The position numbers were made by a program, and so were the translations under genes. Below the pieces are notes generated by a model. The model did no database searches, had not been told where the DNA came from, and saw only the letters and a list, made by a program, of their open reading frames with translations. A stretch of DNA of 64,000 nt, from positions 1 to 64,000 of the IMG/VR virus record IMGVR_UViG_3300043446_000566. One strand, 5' to 3'. Positions 1 to 8,625 of the stretch are shown here, in pieces. Positions within the stretch are counted from its first letter, which is position 1, and each line of letters opens with the position of its first letter. This DNA comes from a virus.

Positions 1-153
1 ATTTTGCACAAAGTCAATTTTACCAGACTTGATGTTCAGCACGATGCTGCTATGGTTGCGCACCGACAGCGTACCCTTGACGCCAAACTTCTTGAGGATC
101 GGCTTCAGGTTCGCCGCAATCTTCGCCTTCATCTCTTGATTCATGTAAGCCAT
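1..153 (-). CDS. hypothetical early phage protein, 5' part only (runs off the window)
   Basis: Manual translation MAYMNQEMKAKIAANLKPILKKFGVKGTLSVRNHSSIVLNIKSGKIDFVQN, open to the window edge and directly downstream of the promoter at 187-214. Confidence 0.75.
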   Translation of the reverse strand, partial: MAYMNQEMKAKIAANLKPILKKFGVKGTLSVRNHSSIVLNIKSGKIDFVQN

Positions 154-186
154 TCGTCTATCTCTCTTTCTTCACTCTATGGAATA

Positions 187-246
187 ATTATACTGTTTTC
201 CACCAAAAAGTAAAGTGGTGAAAAACCTAATAGAATCAATGACTTA
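187..246 (-). promoter_or_regulatory. sigma70-type early promoter with upstream IHF-consensus box (copy 1)
   Basis: Minus strand TTTACT (209-214), 16 bp, TATAAT (187-192); AATCAATGACTTA at 234-246 matches WATCAANNNNTTR; same architecture at 11196 and 13646. Confidence 0.8.
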
Positions 247-320
247 CGAGCGCAAGCTGGAAGGGCTGGTGGATCGATTGGAGCGGGTCTGGCTAGACCC
301 TTGGTATAGATGGTCTGGCG

Positions 321-815
321 CTAAAAAAGACTGTCCAGCATCTCTGGAGTCATTGGCCAGGTACGCTGGATAACACCAGCTTCCTTGAGCATTACATCCG
401 CGTGATCGATAGAGTAGTGTGTCCCAGCACCCTTGCCACCAAAAGGTCGATTTGGACCAATAATTTCTTTTATGCCAGCCTGAATAAGCGCACGAGTGCA
501 ATCAGCGCATGGCTTTGGTTCCCAGTTTAGATATGCACGGGCGCCTGCGAGTTTGATTCCATGCCGCGCAGCATTGTAGATTGCATTACGTTCAGCATGT
601 TCGACCCAGTGGTACTTTTCTGGGCGCTTCCATCGCGCTTCGTTCTTTTCTTCAATGCCTCGAGGAAAGCCATTGAAGCCTGTGCTGAGAATGACATTAT
701 CATCACTCACAATCACGCAACCCACCTTTGTTGACGAGTCTTTGCTCTTGTGAGCGATGACAGTAGCTTGTAGAATAAACAGTTCATCCCAAGTCATTTC
801 TTTATCATATAGCAT
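321..815 (-). CDS. cd: dCMP deaminase
   Basis: SKD..TKVGCVIV, GFNGFPRG, HAERNAI and PCADC zinc-binding motifs. Confidence 0.93.
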   Translation of the reverse strand: MLYDKEMTWDELFILQATVIAHKSKDSSTKVGCVIVSDDNVILSTGFNGFPRGIEEKNEARWKRPEKYHWVEHAERNAIYNAARHGIKLAGARAYLNWEPKPCADCTRALIQAGIKEIIGPNRPFGGKGAGTHYSIDHADVMLKEAGVIQRTWPMTPEMLDSLF

Positions 816-835
816 AATATAGTTTATCCTAATCT

Positions 836-1258
836 TTACTTGATTTCAATCTTTCGCGGCTTCTTCTCATCAGGGATCACATTCTCTAGCTTGATGGTAA
901 GAATACCATCTTGTAGATCAGCATCCCTTACTACAACAGTATCTGAAAGAACGAATTGGCGCGAGAATCGACGACCAGCAATGCCCTGTGTTAGGTAGTT
1001 GCGAGTGTCTGTAACATCTTTCTTTCCAGAAACCTTGAGTGAGTTTCTCTCTGTCGTGATGTCGATTTCGTCTTTCTTATAACCAGCAATCGCCAACTCG
1101 ATGACGAAATTGTATTCGTCAGTCTTGATGATGTTTACTGGTGGGAAAGAACTCGCGGTTGCAGTCAAGAGATGGGCTGCATTATCTAGCGTTGCTAACA
1201 CATGGTCGAATCCAAGTGTTGACGGTAGAATTGTATTGTATGACGTTAGTAGTGTCAT
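836..1258 (-). CDS. hsp20: small heat-shock protein (Hsp20/IbpA family)
   Basis: GFD...FPPVNI, ELAIAGY, YL.QGIA.R.F.RQF.L, L.DGIL.I.L and C-terminal PRKIEI motifs. Confidence 0.95.
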   Translation of the reverse strand: MTLLTSYNTILPSTLGFDHVLATLDNAAHLLTATASSFPPVNIIKTDEYNFVIELAIAGYKKDEIDITTERNSLKVSGKKDVTDTRNYLTQGIAGRRFSRQFVLSDTVVVRDADLQDGILTIKLENVIPDEKKPRKIEIK

Positions 1259-1315
1259 TTATTTACTCCTTAGTAAAGCAAGTTTGTAGTTGTGGACCCC
1301 AAATGGGCATCCACT
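1259..1315 (-). promoter_or_regulatory. ROSE-like RNA thermometer in the hsp20 5' UTR
   Basis: Leader hairpin GUGGAU...GUCCAC, then CUUGCUU-UACU-AAGGAG, where UUGCU pairs with the SD leaving a bulged G, as in ROSE elements. Confidence 0.65.
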
Positions 1316-1317
1316 TC

Positions 1318-1325
1318 TATTTATA
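1318..1325 (-). promoter_or_regulatory. T4-type late promoter (TATAAATA) for hsp20
   Basis: Exact gp55 consensus 60 nt upstream of the start codon. Confidence 0.8.
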
Positions 1326-1881
1326 CGCCAGTAGAGCCAAATCCACCATCGCGATCAGAATAAGGCTCAGGCATCTCTTTTACGATTCTCAGTCTCACAC
1401 CTTCATTGGCTACAACTTCAGCCTGCGCAATACGCTCTTGATTTTTGATCGTCTGTGCAACTTTAGAGATGTTAGTGATCAAAACGAAAATCTCTTGCTG
1501 GTAGTCTACGTCAACGATGCCTTCTGCATTTGCGAGAACTAGTCCCCGCTTCAGTGATAGGCCAGAACGTGGATGAAGGCGAATCGAATACTGCTTTAGT
1601 GGAGTCTGCGCTCTCATGATATCGCTATAATTTTCTATGCTGATATCTGTCTCGATCTTAGCCACAAGACCAGTAGGCACGAGAATTCTATCACCTGGAT
1701 AGATGAATAGATCATAATCATCTAGACTGACTTGCCGTGAGAACGCAGTATTGTACGCATTATATCCATCCACAAGAGCATAGGTTGGGCAATAATGAAG
1801 ATCAAAACACGTTGACATCGCTGTTCCAAATTTTGGAAGCTGGACATTCTCATTCAACGGATACAGATTCAAATTTACCAT
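1321..1881 (-). CDS. dut: dUTPase (trimeric)
   Basis: FDL, VPTGL, PRSGL, GIVDVDY, RIAQ and R.GGFGSTG motifs. Confidence 0.95.
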   Translation of the reverse strand: MVNLNLYPLNENVQLPKFGTAMSTCFDLHYCPTYALVDGYNAYNTAFSRQVSLDDYDLFIYPGDRILVPTGLVAKIETDISIENYSDIMRAQTPLKQYSIRLHPRSGLSLKRGLVLANAEGIVDVDYQQEIFVLITNISKVAQTIKNQERIAQAEVVANEGVRLRIVKEMPEPYSDRDGGFGSTGV

Positions 1882-1886
1882 AACAA

Positions 1887-2291
1887 TTATTCCTGTGTTT
1901 TCTTTTTACCTATCGTGTACTTGGCTACCAGCTGCCACTGATTCTTGTCCTTGAATGGAAGAATCTTGATCTGACTCAATGGTGCATAAGGCTCTTTTGT
2001 CTTATCAGCGTCCACCAGTTTCACGAGACCCCATTCAGCCATCAGATTCGCAATCGTATTTCTACGCGCTAGATCATTCTCTGAGATGTTGCTAGGCTTG
2101 CCGTCAAGTTCAAAGAGTTCTTTGAAGTGAACGATATAGTATTTGCCTTGCTTGTGAAGAATGTGGCAAGACTGATACAGAATATTGTCATTCTTGGCTG
2201 CAACACCGATGCGAGTCAGAGTCTCACGGACCTTTAGAAAGTCGTCCTGCTTCTCTAGCTTTACCTCAATCAATTTATCGATACTACTCAT
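1887..2291 (-). CDS. regA: translational repressor RegA
   Basis: DDFLKVRETLTRIGVA, LYQSCHILHKQGKYYIVHFKELF; T4 synteny 44-62-regA; ATG at 2291 preferred. Confidence 0.97.
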   Translation of the reverse strand: MSSIDKLIEVKLEKQDDFLKVRETLTRIGVAAKNDNILYQSCHILHKQGKYYIVHFKELFELDGKPSNISENDLARRNTIANLMAEWGLVKLVDADKTKEPYAPLSQIKILPFKDKNQWQLVAKYTIGKKKTQE

Positions 2292-2292
2292 T

Positions 2293-2673
2293 TCAATCAC
2301 CCTTATATAATTGTTCTTTTATCGCGGTGATTTGAGAGTCAGATAGAATCTTTAGGGCTTCATATGCTTTAGCATCAGAATAACCATAATACTCTTTTAC
2401 AGCATTCAAATCATCGCTCTGAGCCTTTTTGTGCCATTTTGTATATGGGCGTTTCGCTGCTCTAACAATATTTAGTAAAAAATCTGCCTGTAGCTTTTTG
2501 TCGAGATTAGGGTATCGATTCATCTCGTTAGCTATCATTGCAGTGTCTCTATGGTTAGATAGAGCGCGATTTACCATGAATGCAGGATAAGAACGCTCAT
2601 CCTGATCAGTCAGGATGAACGGGGCTTTTGATTGTAGGATGCTTGGTAGAATTTCTTTGAATAAGTCTGCCAT
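2293..2673 (-). CDS. gp62: clamp loader small subunit
   Basis: Y.AFMVNRALS, ANEMN, VKEYYGYS..KA.EAL; synteny. Confidence 0.93.
   Translation of the reverse strand: MADLFKEILPSILQSKAPFILTDQDERSYPAFMVNRALSNHRDTAMIANEMNRYPNLDKKLQADFLLNIVRAAKRPYTKWHKKAQSDDLNAVKEYYGYSDAKAYEALKILSDSQITAIKEQLYKGD
2469..2476 (-). promoter_or_regulatory. putative late promoter (ACTAAATA) inside gp62, upstream of regA
   Basis: Matches the N[A/C]TAAATA motif seen before many late genes in this window. Confidence 0.5.
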
Positions 2674-2674
2674 A

Positions 2675-3130
2675 TCAATAGTCCGACACAGTATACTTTC
2701 TTAGTTCAGCAATGATATCATCTCTAATCTTATGAATTGGCTCGACAGCTTCTTGTTCGATGTCGATGAGAATCATCTGCCTACCATCTTTGGTGTAATG
2801 CGGTCTAGTGAGAAACTCAGAAGGATTTACCCTGAATAGCCAACCAGACCACTTATAGCTATGCATAGGAGCAGGAACTGTGATGAAGTATAATTCATCA
2901 ACATTTCTACACTTTCTAAGCTGATTGGATTTAATAGTCAATGCACGTTCTCTGATGAACGGAACTTGCGTCTTGACTTCAACTTTCTTACCGTCGCAAA
3001 TAAGATCTTTCTCAGAATCATACTTATTAATCGATGGCGCTACCTTACGACCTTCGGAGCTAAGATAGCCGATAAGATATTTCTCGCCCATCAGTCCCAT
3101 TTCATTCATCTTGTATTCACGAGTTATCAT
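2675..3130 (-). CDS. putative PD-(D/E)XK nuclease-fold protein
   Basis: G..GE...KDLI...VEVKT motif; ATG overlaps the gp44 stop (ATGA); inserted between gp44 and gp62. Confidence 0.6.
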   Translation of the reverse strand: MITREYKMNEMGLMGEKYLIGYLSSEGRKVAPSINKYDSEKDLICDGKKVEVKTQVPFIRERALTIKSNQLRKCRNVDELYFITVPAPMHSYKWSGWLFRVNPSEFLTRPHYTKDGRQMILIDIEQEAVEPIHKIRDDIIAELRKYTVSDY

Positions 3131-4062
3131 GAGAACTTGCACTCCACCATCATTTCGGTCAAACACGCAACGAGATTCAACTCTTGATCTGCGACAAAAG
3201 CAGCTTGATATTGATACCTAGCAAGAATAATCACTGCATTTGGAATCGTAGACTTGTCCATCACATCATACAGACTGTCATAGATCTTGCGGAAGATACG
3301 CACTGGATCTTCAGAGCCATTCTCTGCGACCCACTTACGCATTGCACCGAAATCTTGATTCTTCAAAGAGGTGACAAGTTCATTGATCGTGACATCAGCA
3401 ACACTCTTTAGAATGCCGACATCAATCTTGCCACTGACCGAATAGCGCTGGAGTTCGTTTAGAACACGACGATAATCGGGGAAGTGCTTCTTTACTACTT
3501 CAACCAGCACTGCCTTATCAAATGGAACTTTCTCAGCATTAAGAATCTCTGCTGCACGTTTCATAAACAAAGCAGCCATCTTCGGCTTGTCTTCTTTACG
3601 CAGCTTGAATTCAATCACAGCACAGCGACTATGAAGAGGCTCAATGATGCGATTCTTATAGTTGCAAGTCATGATGAACGTGCAATTATGCGCAAACTCT
3701 TCCATAGCCGCGCGCATAGCTGGCTGGGTACTATTGGGATTTAGATAATCTGCCTCATCGATGATGATGACTTTCTTACCGCCATCAAGCGACATTGAAC
3801 TTGCATAGTTCTTGATTTTGACTCTGAAAGTATCAATGCCTGACTCATCAGAGCCGTTGATCATCAAATAATCGCAGCCAATCTCATCACACAAAGCACG
3901 AGCAACTGTAGTCTTACCTGTGCCTGGACCACCGCAAAGCAGAAGATGTGGAATCTCTTTGCGATTCACATAGCTTTGAAAAGTAGTCTTGTACTCCTCA
4001 GGAAGAATACAATCAGCAATAACATGAGGACGATATTTTTCAACCCACAAGGATTCATTCAT
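3127..4062 (-). CDS. gp44: clamp loader large subunit (AAA+)
   Basis: LWVEKYRP, GGPGTGKTT, IIDEAD and SRC motifs. Confidence 0.98.
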   Translation of the reverse strand: MNESLWVEKYRPHVIADCILPEEYKTTFQSYVNRKEIPHLLLCGGPGTGKTTVARALCDEIGCDYLMINGSDESGIDTFRVKIKNYASSMSLDGGKKVIIIDEADYLNPNSTQPAMRAAMEEFAHNCTFIMTCNYKNRIIEPLHSRCAVIEFKLRKEDKPKMAALFMKRAAEILNAEKVPFDKAVLVEVVKKHFPDYRRVLNELQRYSVSGKIDVGILKSVADVTINELVTSLKNQDFGAMRKWVAENGSEDPVRIFRKIYDSLYDVMDKSTIPNAVIILARYQYQAAFVADQELNLVACLTEMMVECKFS

Positions 4063-4077
4063 AATATAAACTCCAAA

Positions 4078-4401
4078 TCAAGCAGTTACTATTCTAGCCC
4101 ATTTCCCGTTCTGTTTCAAGTACAAATTTCCGTCTGGACCGACAGTCATATTTACTCGAACATCTTTGCGAGTGCCTGGAGCAAATGTACCTGTTCCTAT
4201 AATCGCACATGGGTGATGGTTGAGGTCTGGTGGCATCGGATCGCCATATGTTGCATGAAGCGCTAATGTACTGTTGTATCCAGAGGCTTCAATTTTCTTG
4301 ACTGCTTCCGATGCTTCACTTCTACTCGGTAGAATAGAAGGCATAACAGCAGCGCCAGCACCAAAACCTAAAGCCTGAAAGAATTTTCTTCGAGTCGTCA
4401 T
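4078..4401 (-). CDS. hypothetical protein with twin-arginine (Tat) signal peptide
   Basis: N-terminus MTTRRKFFQALGFGAGAAVMPSILPSRSEA; SD GGAG upstream. Confidence 0.7.
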   Translation of the reverse strand: MTTRRKFFQALGFGAGAAVMPSILPSRSEASEAVKKIEASGYNSTLALHATYGDPMPPDLNHHPCAIIGTGTFAPGTRKDVRVNMTVGPDGNLYLKQNGKWARIVTA

Positions 4402-4425
4402 ATCAATTACTCCATAATGAAAAGA

Positions 4426-4496
4426 TGGGGCGGGGAAGGTGAACTCCCACGGCGAGCAGTCTGGCGGAGTGTGCCGTCAAAAGAAATTGCGCCCCA
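4426..4496 (-). ncRNA. putative structured RNA (small RNA or 5' leader)
   Basis: GC-rich intergenic island; closing stem UGGGGCG/CGCCCCA, internal stems ACGGC/GCCGU and GGGAG/CUUCC; starts 7 nt after late promoter GCTAAATA and is followed by UCUUUU. Confidence 0.6.
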
Positions 4497-4502
4497 ATAA
4501 GA

Positions 4503-4661
4503 TTATTTAGCCTTTTTAGCCTCAAAATATTTTTTGGCAAGATTAATATATCGGTTCATCGTCTCCTCATGCGCAAGGCACTCTTTATTCCATAAAGAAT
4601 TCAAGGTATCTACCGCTTTCTCCAATTCAGCAATTCTCTCTTTATATTGATTTTCCGACAT
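4503..4661 (-). CDS. small hypothetical coiled-coil protein
   Basis: MSENQYKERIAELEKAV...; AAGGA SD; ATG at 4661 avoids overlap with dsbA. Confidence 0.65.
   Translation of the reverse strand: MSENQYKERIAELEKAVDTLNSLWNKECLAHEETMNRYINLAKKYFEAKKAK
4504..4511 (-). promoter_or_regulatory. late promoter (GCTAAATA)
   Basis: Matches the late motif; immediately upstream of the structured RNA. Confidence 0.65.
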
Positions 4662-4677
4662 TTTGTAATCCTTGTTG

Positions 4678-4917
4678 TTACTTCGCCACTTTCTCGTAAA
4701 TCTCAACAAAATCATTTTGCTCTGCAACTTCTTCCTCAAAGTTGCGCTTGTGATACACTCTAGCCAGCTTTCGACCTAGCTTCTTTGGAATCTCAGTCTC
4801 ATCTTGCATACGCTCAAGAATTTCTTTGATCAGATCTCGCTCTGACTCGATTCGAGTTAGCGAGTTAGAAATCTCAGAAAGCATCCCAAGGATCTTGGCT
4901 TTATCAGTAGGTGACAT
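4678..4917 (-). CDS. dsbA: T4 DsbA-like dsDNA-binding protein
   Basis: EISNSLTRIESERDLIKEI...KLARVYHKRNFEEE pattern typical of phage DsbA. Confidence 0.75.
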   Translation of the reverse strand: MSPTDKAKILGMLSEISNSLTRIESERDLIKEILERMQDETEIPKKLGRKLARVYHKRNFEEEVAEQNDFVEIYEKVAK

Positions 4918-4919
4918 AA

Positions 4920-5594
4920 TTATTCTCCAAAAGTAGACAGCGTAGACTCAATCGCGATGATGTATGTAATGGGTATGTTCTTATGCTTGAACTGTGCGCC
5001 CTTCTTTGTGATTGTGACATCATATGAGCCATCCATCATCTTGATGTTTTCTGTTTTCATTACGACGCAAAATTTCGTGCCGTCACCAGCACCAATTTCA
5101 ATCTTAGACTGATCAGCAGCATCATCTGATGGATCAGTCGCAATGAAATTGATTACATCGCCATCACTTTCAAAAATAAAGTATGGCGAGTTTGAAATGC
5201 CAGCAGATTTCTTCATCCACTCAAGATCATCTTCCGATAGAAGAAAAGAACAGTATGTTTCACCAAGTGAGATACTCTTATCAGGAGCAACGGCGATTAC
5301 TTGCGGTGAACAATATTTGATATTGTCCAGCTTCTTCTTGTTCTCAGTAGCGATGATGATTCTATCATCATCGAAAGACAGATCAGCACCATTGTACAGA
5401 GAAACCTTTGCAAGAAACTTGTTTAGGTCATACAATGCAAACTCTTTTGTAAGAGTTTCAGTGATCGTAGCCTCAGCGAAGATAGTCTTCAAAGGCGAAA
5501 TAGTTCGCAGAGTATTACCAGTCTTGAATTGAAGACTTTGATTGATTGTTGAAAAGTTTTTCAACACATTGATAGTAGCATCAGACAATTTCAT
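4920..5594 (-). CDS. gp45: DNA polymerase sliding clamp
   Basis: MKLS..T..VLKNFSTINQS, FALYDLNKFL; synteny. Confidence 0.95.
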   Translation of the reverse strand: MKLSDATINVLKNFSTINQSLQFKTGNTLRTISPLKTIFAEATITETLTKEFALYDLNKFLAKVSLYNGADLSFDDDRIIIATENKKKLDNIKYCSPQVIAVAPDKSISLGETYCSFLLSEDDLEWMKKSAGISNSPYFIFESDGDVINFIATDPSDDAADQSKIEIGAGDGTKFCVVMKTENIKMMDGSYDVTITKKGAQFKHKNIPITYIIAIESTLSTFGE

Positions 5595-6252
5595 GATTTA
5601 TTTCCTCATTCGCTTCAACATGAACATTATTATGCACGGTTTTCGCTAGACTGTCAACTACAGTAGCCAAGTCATCTAGCGAACCATTATTTGTAATTGT
5701 AGCATCATACTCACAGCCAATCCATGCCCATTCACTGTAATGAACGTCTGGATATTTTTCAGCCATTCCGTAATAGTCTCGCTTAGAATTTACATTCAAA
5801 GCAGTTTCATACCATTCAGGATCTGGACCTCTACGCACACGAACAATCATGCCGCCTGCGTTTTTAATCGCATTGATTTCGTTTGGAAATCTAACATCAG
5901 CAATAACATAATTATTCCAAGACGATAATTCACAACGACGCATTGTTGTATAGACCCAGATGTCTTGGTGAAAGACATCACGCCCTGCTTCAGTGCCCAT
6001 TAGCTGAAGTGCAAGTCTTGGTGTAAAAGACTTGCCCATCTTTTCAGACCAATAGATATCTGGCTGTTCGCGCCATGTACGAGAGTCTGCTGTATCGCCT
6101 TCAAGAAGAGCGCGATTCCAACCAAAGATGATTGAAACCGCGTCCTTCACACTGTTAGCAAAACTTTCCTTGAAATAGCCATGTCTATCTACAAGAATGT
6201 CTGCGACACTGCCTTTGCCGCTGCCGATTTGACCAACAAGTCCAATAATCAC
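5581..6252 (-). CDS. gp1: deoxynucleoside monophosphate kinase
   Basis: IIGLVG.IGSGK, SFA..VKD, TPRLALQLMGTE.GR, DVRFPNE and HYSE motifs. Confidence 0.92.
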   Translation of the reverse strand: MIIGLVGQIGSGKGSVADILVDRHGYFKESFANSVKDAVSIIFGWNRALLEGDTADSRTWREQPDIYWSEKMGKSFTPRLALQLMGTEAGRDVFHQDIWVYTTMRRCELSSWNNYVIADVRFPNEINAIKNAGGMIVRVRRGPDPEWYETALNVNSKRDYYGMAEKYPDVHYSEWAWIGCEYDATITNNGSLDDLATVVDSLAKTVHNNVHVEANEEINHEIV

Positions 6253-6261
6253 AGCAATACC

Positions 6262-7080
6262 TTACAGAGTTCCAACATAGTTGGCTACAGCTGGCATATC
6301 GCCCGTAAAGGCATAAGTGCCAATGTGATGCGTCTTCATCCATGGGCAGAGCCAAATCTGACCACCGATCTTACGCCACATCTGACAGAACATATAGTCT
6401 TCAGACAGATAGCGATCAGAACCGCCACCAGTGATTGATTCACGGCTATCAATCACAGTATCAAAGTACGCATGAATGTAGCGTGAGCCGTCAAAGTTGG
6501 CTTGACCAACATGATCTGGCTTGTAGCGGATCATCGGAAAAGCTGCTTCTAGCTTATTGAACACACCACGCTCGATGAGCATGAAGCCAGTGCCAATCTC
6601 AAGAACTTCAATCGGCTCAATGACAGAGAACTTCTCTGTGCCAGGAACTGGATTGAACACATAGTCACCAGCTAGCTTCTCTAGATCGCCAGGGCTGATG
6701 TCTGGATGTCGCTTGACTGCTTCCTTGATTGAAGACCACTTGATCGATTTCTTCGGATAAGGACCACCGATGATCTCTTTATCAAGAGCAAGAAGCGCGA
6801 TCACATCACGCGGATCAAAGTGAATGTCAGCATCGATGAACAGCATGTGCGTAAAATCTTCAGCACGAAGAAACTCATCAACAAGATAGTTACGCGCTCT
6901 TGTAATCAACGATTCGTTGAAGATGAACGAGAAACGAATCTCAATGCCGTAGTTTGCACAAAGACCTTGAAGATCAAGGCATGACTTAGCAAACATGCCG
7001 TGATTCATGCCGCCATACATTGGCGTTGCTACAAACAGTTTCTTCTTACGAAGTTCTTCAACCTTTACTTCTAATTGCAT
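6262..7080 (-). CDS. GT-A fold glycosyltransferase-like protein
   Basis: LFVATPMYGG, ESLITRARN, FIDADI (DxD), IGTGFMLI, LSEDYMFC and C-terminal HIG. Confidence 0.8.
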   Translation of the reverse strand: MQLEVKVEELRKKKLFVATPMYGGMNHGMFAKSCLDLQGLCANYGIEIRFSFIFNESLITRARNYLVDEFLRAEDFTHMLFIDADIHFDPRDVIALLALDKEIIGGPYPKKSIKWSSIKEAVKRHPDISPGDLEKLAGDYVFNPVPGTEKFSVIEPIEVLEIGTGFMLIERGVFNKLEAAFPMIRYKPDHVGQANFDGSRYIHAYFDTVIDSRESITGGGSDRYLSEDYMFCQMWRKIGGQIWLCPWMKTHHIGTYAFTGDMPAVANYVGTL

Positions 7081-7081
7081 A

Positions 7082-8014
7082 TCAATCTCCTACCATAATA
7101 CCCTGTGGTGTAACATCATCAGCAGAAGAAAGTGTAACCAACTTCATGCCGTACTCATTGGTGCCTTTAGGTAAAACGACACCCTTTTTCAACTTCAGCT
7201 TATTCTTCTTGAATGGAGTATAGTCAACATAGTGATGCCAACGACCATACTTCCAAACAATCTGTGCAACATCTGGATGCATATCTACCAGCATCTGGGA
7301 CTTGTTGATAGTACCAGCAGCATGATATTGACCCAGCTTGACCTCTTCAGCATTTTCTACAAACTCTTTGTGATAGAATTCGTCTGTATTGCCACCCTTT
7401 ACTGTTTGAGTCGCAGACTTGCCTTGCATGAATGCATTGAACTGCACAGTGCAATCTCCGTCTTTCAGAACACGCAAACAGATATCAGTATCTTCATTGT
7501 ATCTACCACGCCAGCGATGCTTGCAATCATTACGAATCAACAGACACGAATAGATGCGAGTGTTTGTAACGTATGGCGGATATTTCTGGTTAGGAGCAAT
7601 GAAGAATCGATATTGAGGTCCAGCAATATATAGGTTTTCATATCGATCAAAAAAGTCTTCCATGACTTTGAAGAAGACACCAGACTCTACACGAATACGA
7701 TCATTGCGATTCAGTCGATAGAAGTCTGTAATATTGTCATCAAGAACCCAGTGCGCTTTAGCACCGATGCTGATCGAATGGTCCCATGCCCAGTTTCGAG
7801 CGCGACCAGGACCATCGCCGTGATTAGAAAACGGTGCAACAAGAAGCGTTACACCACGAAGTTGAAATTCAACAATAGCTTTTTCATACAATTCTTTGTC
7901 TTGAGGCTCAATAATAATATAATGAGGTATATTCATTCGAGACAATGATCGAGAAGTCAGCATTGATTCATGCCGACCCTTTGATACGATATAGACTGGA
8001 TAAGTAGGGTTCAT
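7082..8014 (-). CDS. TET-associated/GREB1-like glycosyltransferase (TAGT), candidate DNA base glycosyltransferase
   Basis: YPVYIVSKGR, GPGRARN, WVLDDNI, RIYSCLLI, WRGRYNEDTD.CLRVL, KGGNT and GRWHHYVDY motifs. Confidence 0.8.
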   Translation of the reverse strand: MNPTYPVYIVSKGRHESMLTSRSLSRMNIPHYIIIEPQDKELYEKAIVEFQLRGVTLLVAPFSNHGDGPGRARNWAWDHSISIGAKAHWVLDDNITDFYRLNRNDRIRVESGVFFKVMEDFFDRYENLYIAGPQYRFFIAPNQKYPPYVTNTRIYSCLLIRNDCKHRWRGRYNEDTDICLRVLKDGDCTVQFNAFMQGKSATQTVKGGNTDEFYHKEFVENAEEVKLGQYHAAGTINKSQMLVDMHPDVAQIVWKYGRWHHYVDYTPFKKNKLKLKKGVVLPKGTNEYGMKLVTLSSADDVTPQGIMVGD

Positions 8015-8592
8015 TCTTCAATCCAACGTAGCAGAAAGTTAGGAGTACGATCTAGCTTTGGATGCCAGATTGCGTTTGTCTTTTCAGACAATTCTTGATC
8101 AATACGTTTTGAAAAATTGTTTAGGTCATTCTCATTACGAAACTTGACAGTGATAGTTCTATGAGATGGATTCTCTTCTTGTACGAACTCAGGCATACCA
8201 ACCCAGTGCTTGCGCCACTCAGCATTGTCATCAGTCTTTGGCTTAGACTTCTTGCGCGGCGCAACTAATCTAGCATCAACATGATCAATGGGATCTTGTG
8301 CTGATTCAAACAAAGCAGATGCAGACGCTAAAGGGTACCAGACTTCTTTAGTCTGATAATCTACAGCATGACCGATTCTTTTACAAAAGTCTATGATGTC
8401 TTCTGTAGTACGGAAATGAACATAGACCTTTTTCCAAAGGTCTGGATCATTACTCTTCTTAGCTTTAGTATTATCGATGATCGGCGTTTCGATCACTTCA
8501 CCGAAGATTGCTTCAAGTGAAGAGCGATATTTGTCATTCAGCCGATTCTCTTTAGAGAGATAATTATCGTATTCAGCGCTTTCTTTTACCAT
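8011..8592 (-). CDS. hypothetical protein coupled to the TAGT gene, with an internally duplicated domain
   Basis: Two copies of V[HK]FR..[ED]D...F.KRI.......KT..[VI]W.P; W.GMPEF motif; stop overlaps the TAGT start. Confidence 0.75.
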   Translation of the reverse strand: MVKESAEYDNYLSKENRLNDKYRSSLEAIFGEVIETPIIDNTKAKKSNDPDLWKKVYVHFRTTEDIIDFCKRIGHAVDYQTKEVWYPLASASALFESAQDPIDHVDARLVAPRKKSKPKTDDNAEWRKHWVGMPEFVQEENPSHRTITVKFRNENDLNNFSKRIDQELSEKTNAIWHPKLDRTPNFLLRWIEE

Positions 8593-8625
8593 AATTTTCA
8601 AGTAAGCATTATTAGTGATGACATC

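Noticed and set aside
244-501. 85-aa minus-strand ORF ending in the first IHF box
   Set aside because: Overlaps dCMP deaminase out of frame, has W/C/S-rich non-protein-like composition and no SD
4426-4496. Possible tRNA, tmRNA fragment or ZTP riboswitch
   Set aside because: No cloverleaf, anticodon arm or free NCCA end; only a partial CTGGCG resemblance to ZTP, on the opposite strand and without the 3' element; kept as an unclassified structured RNA
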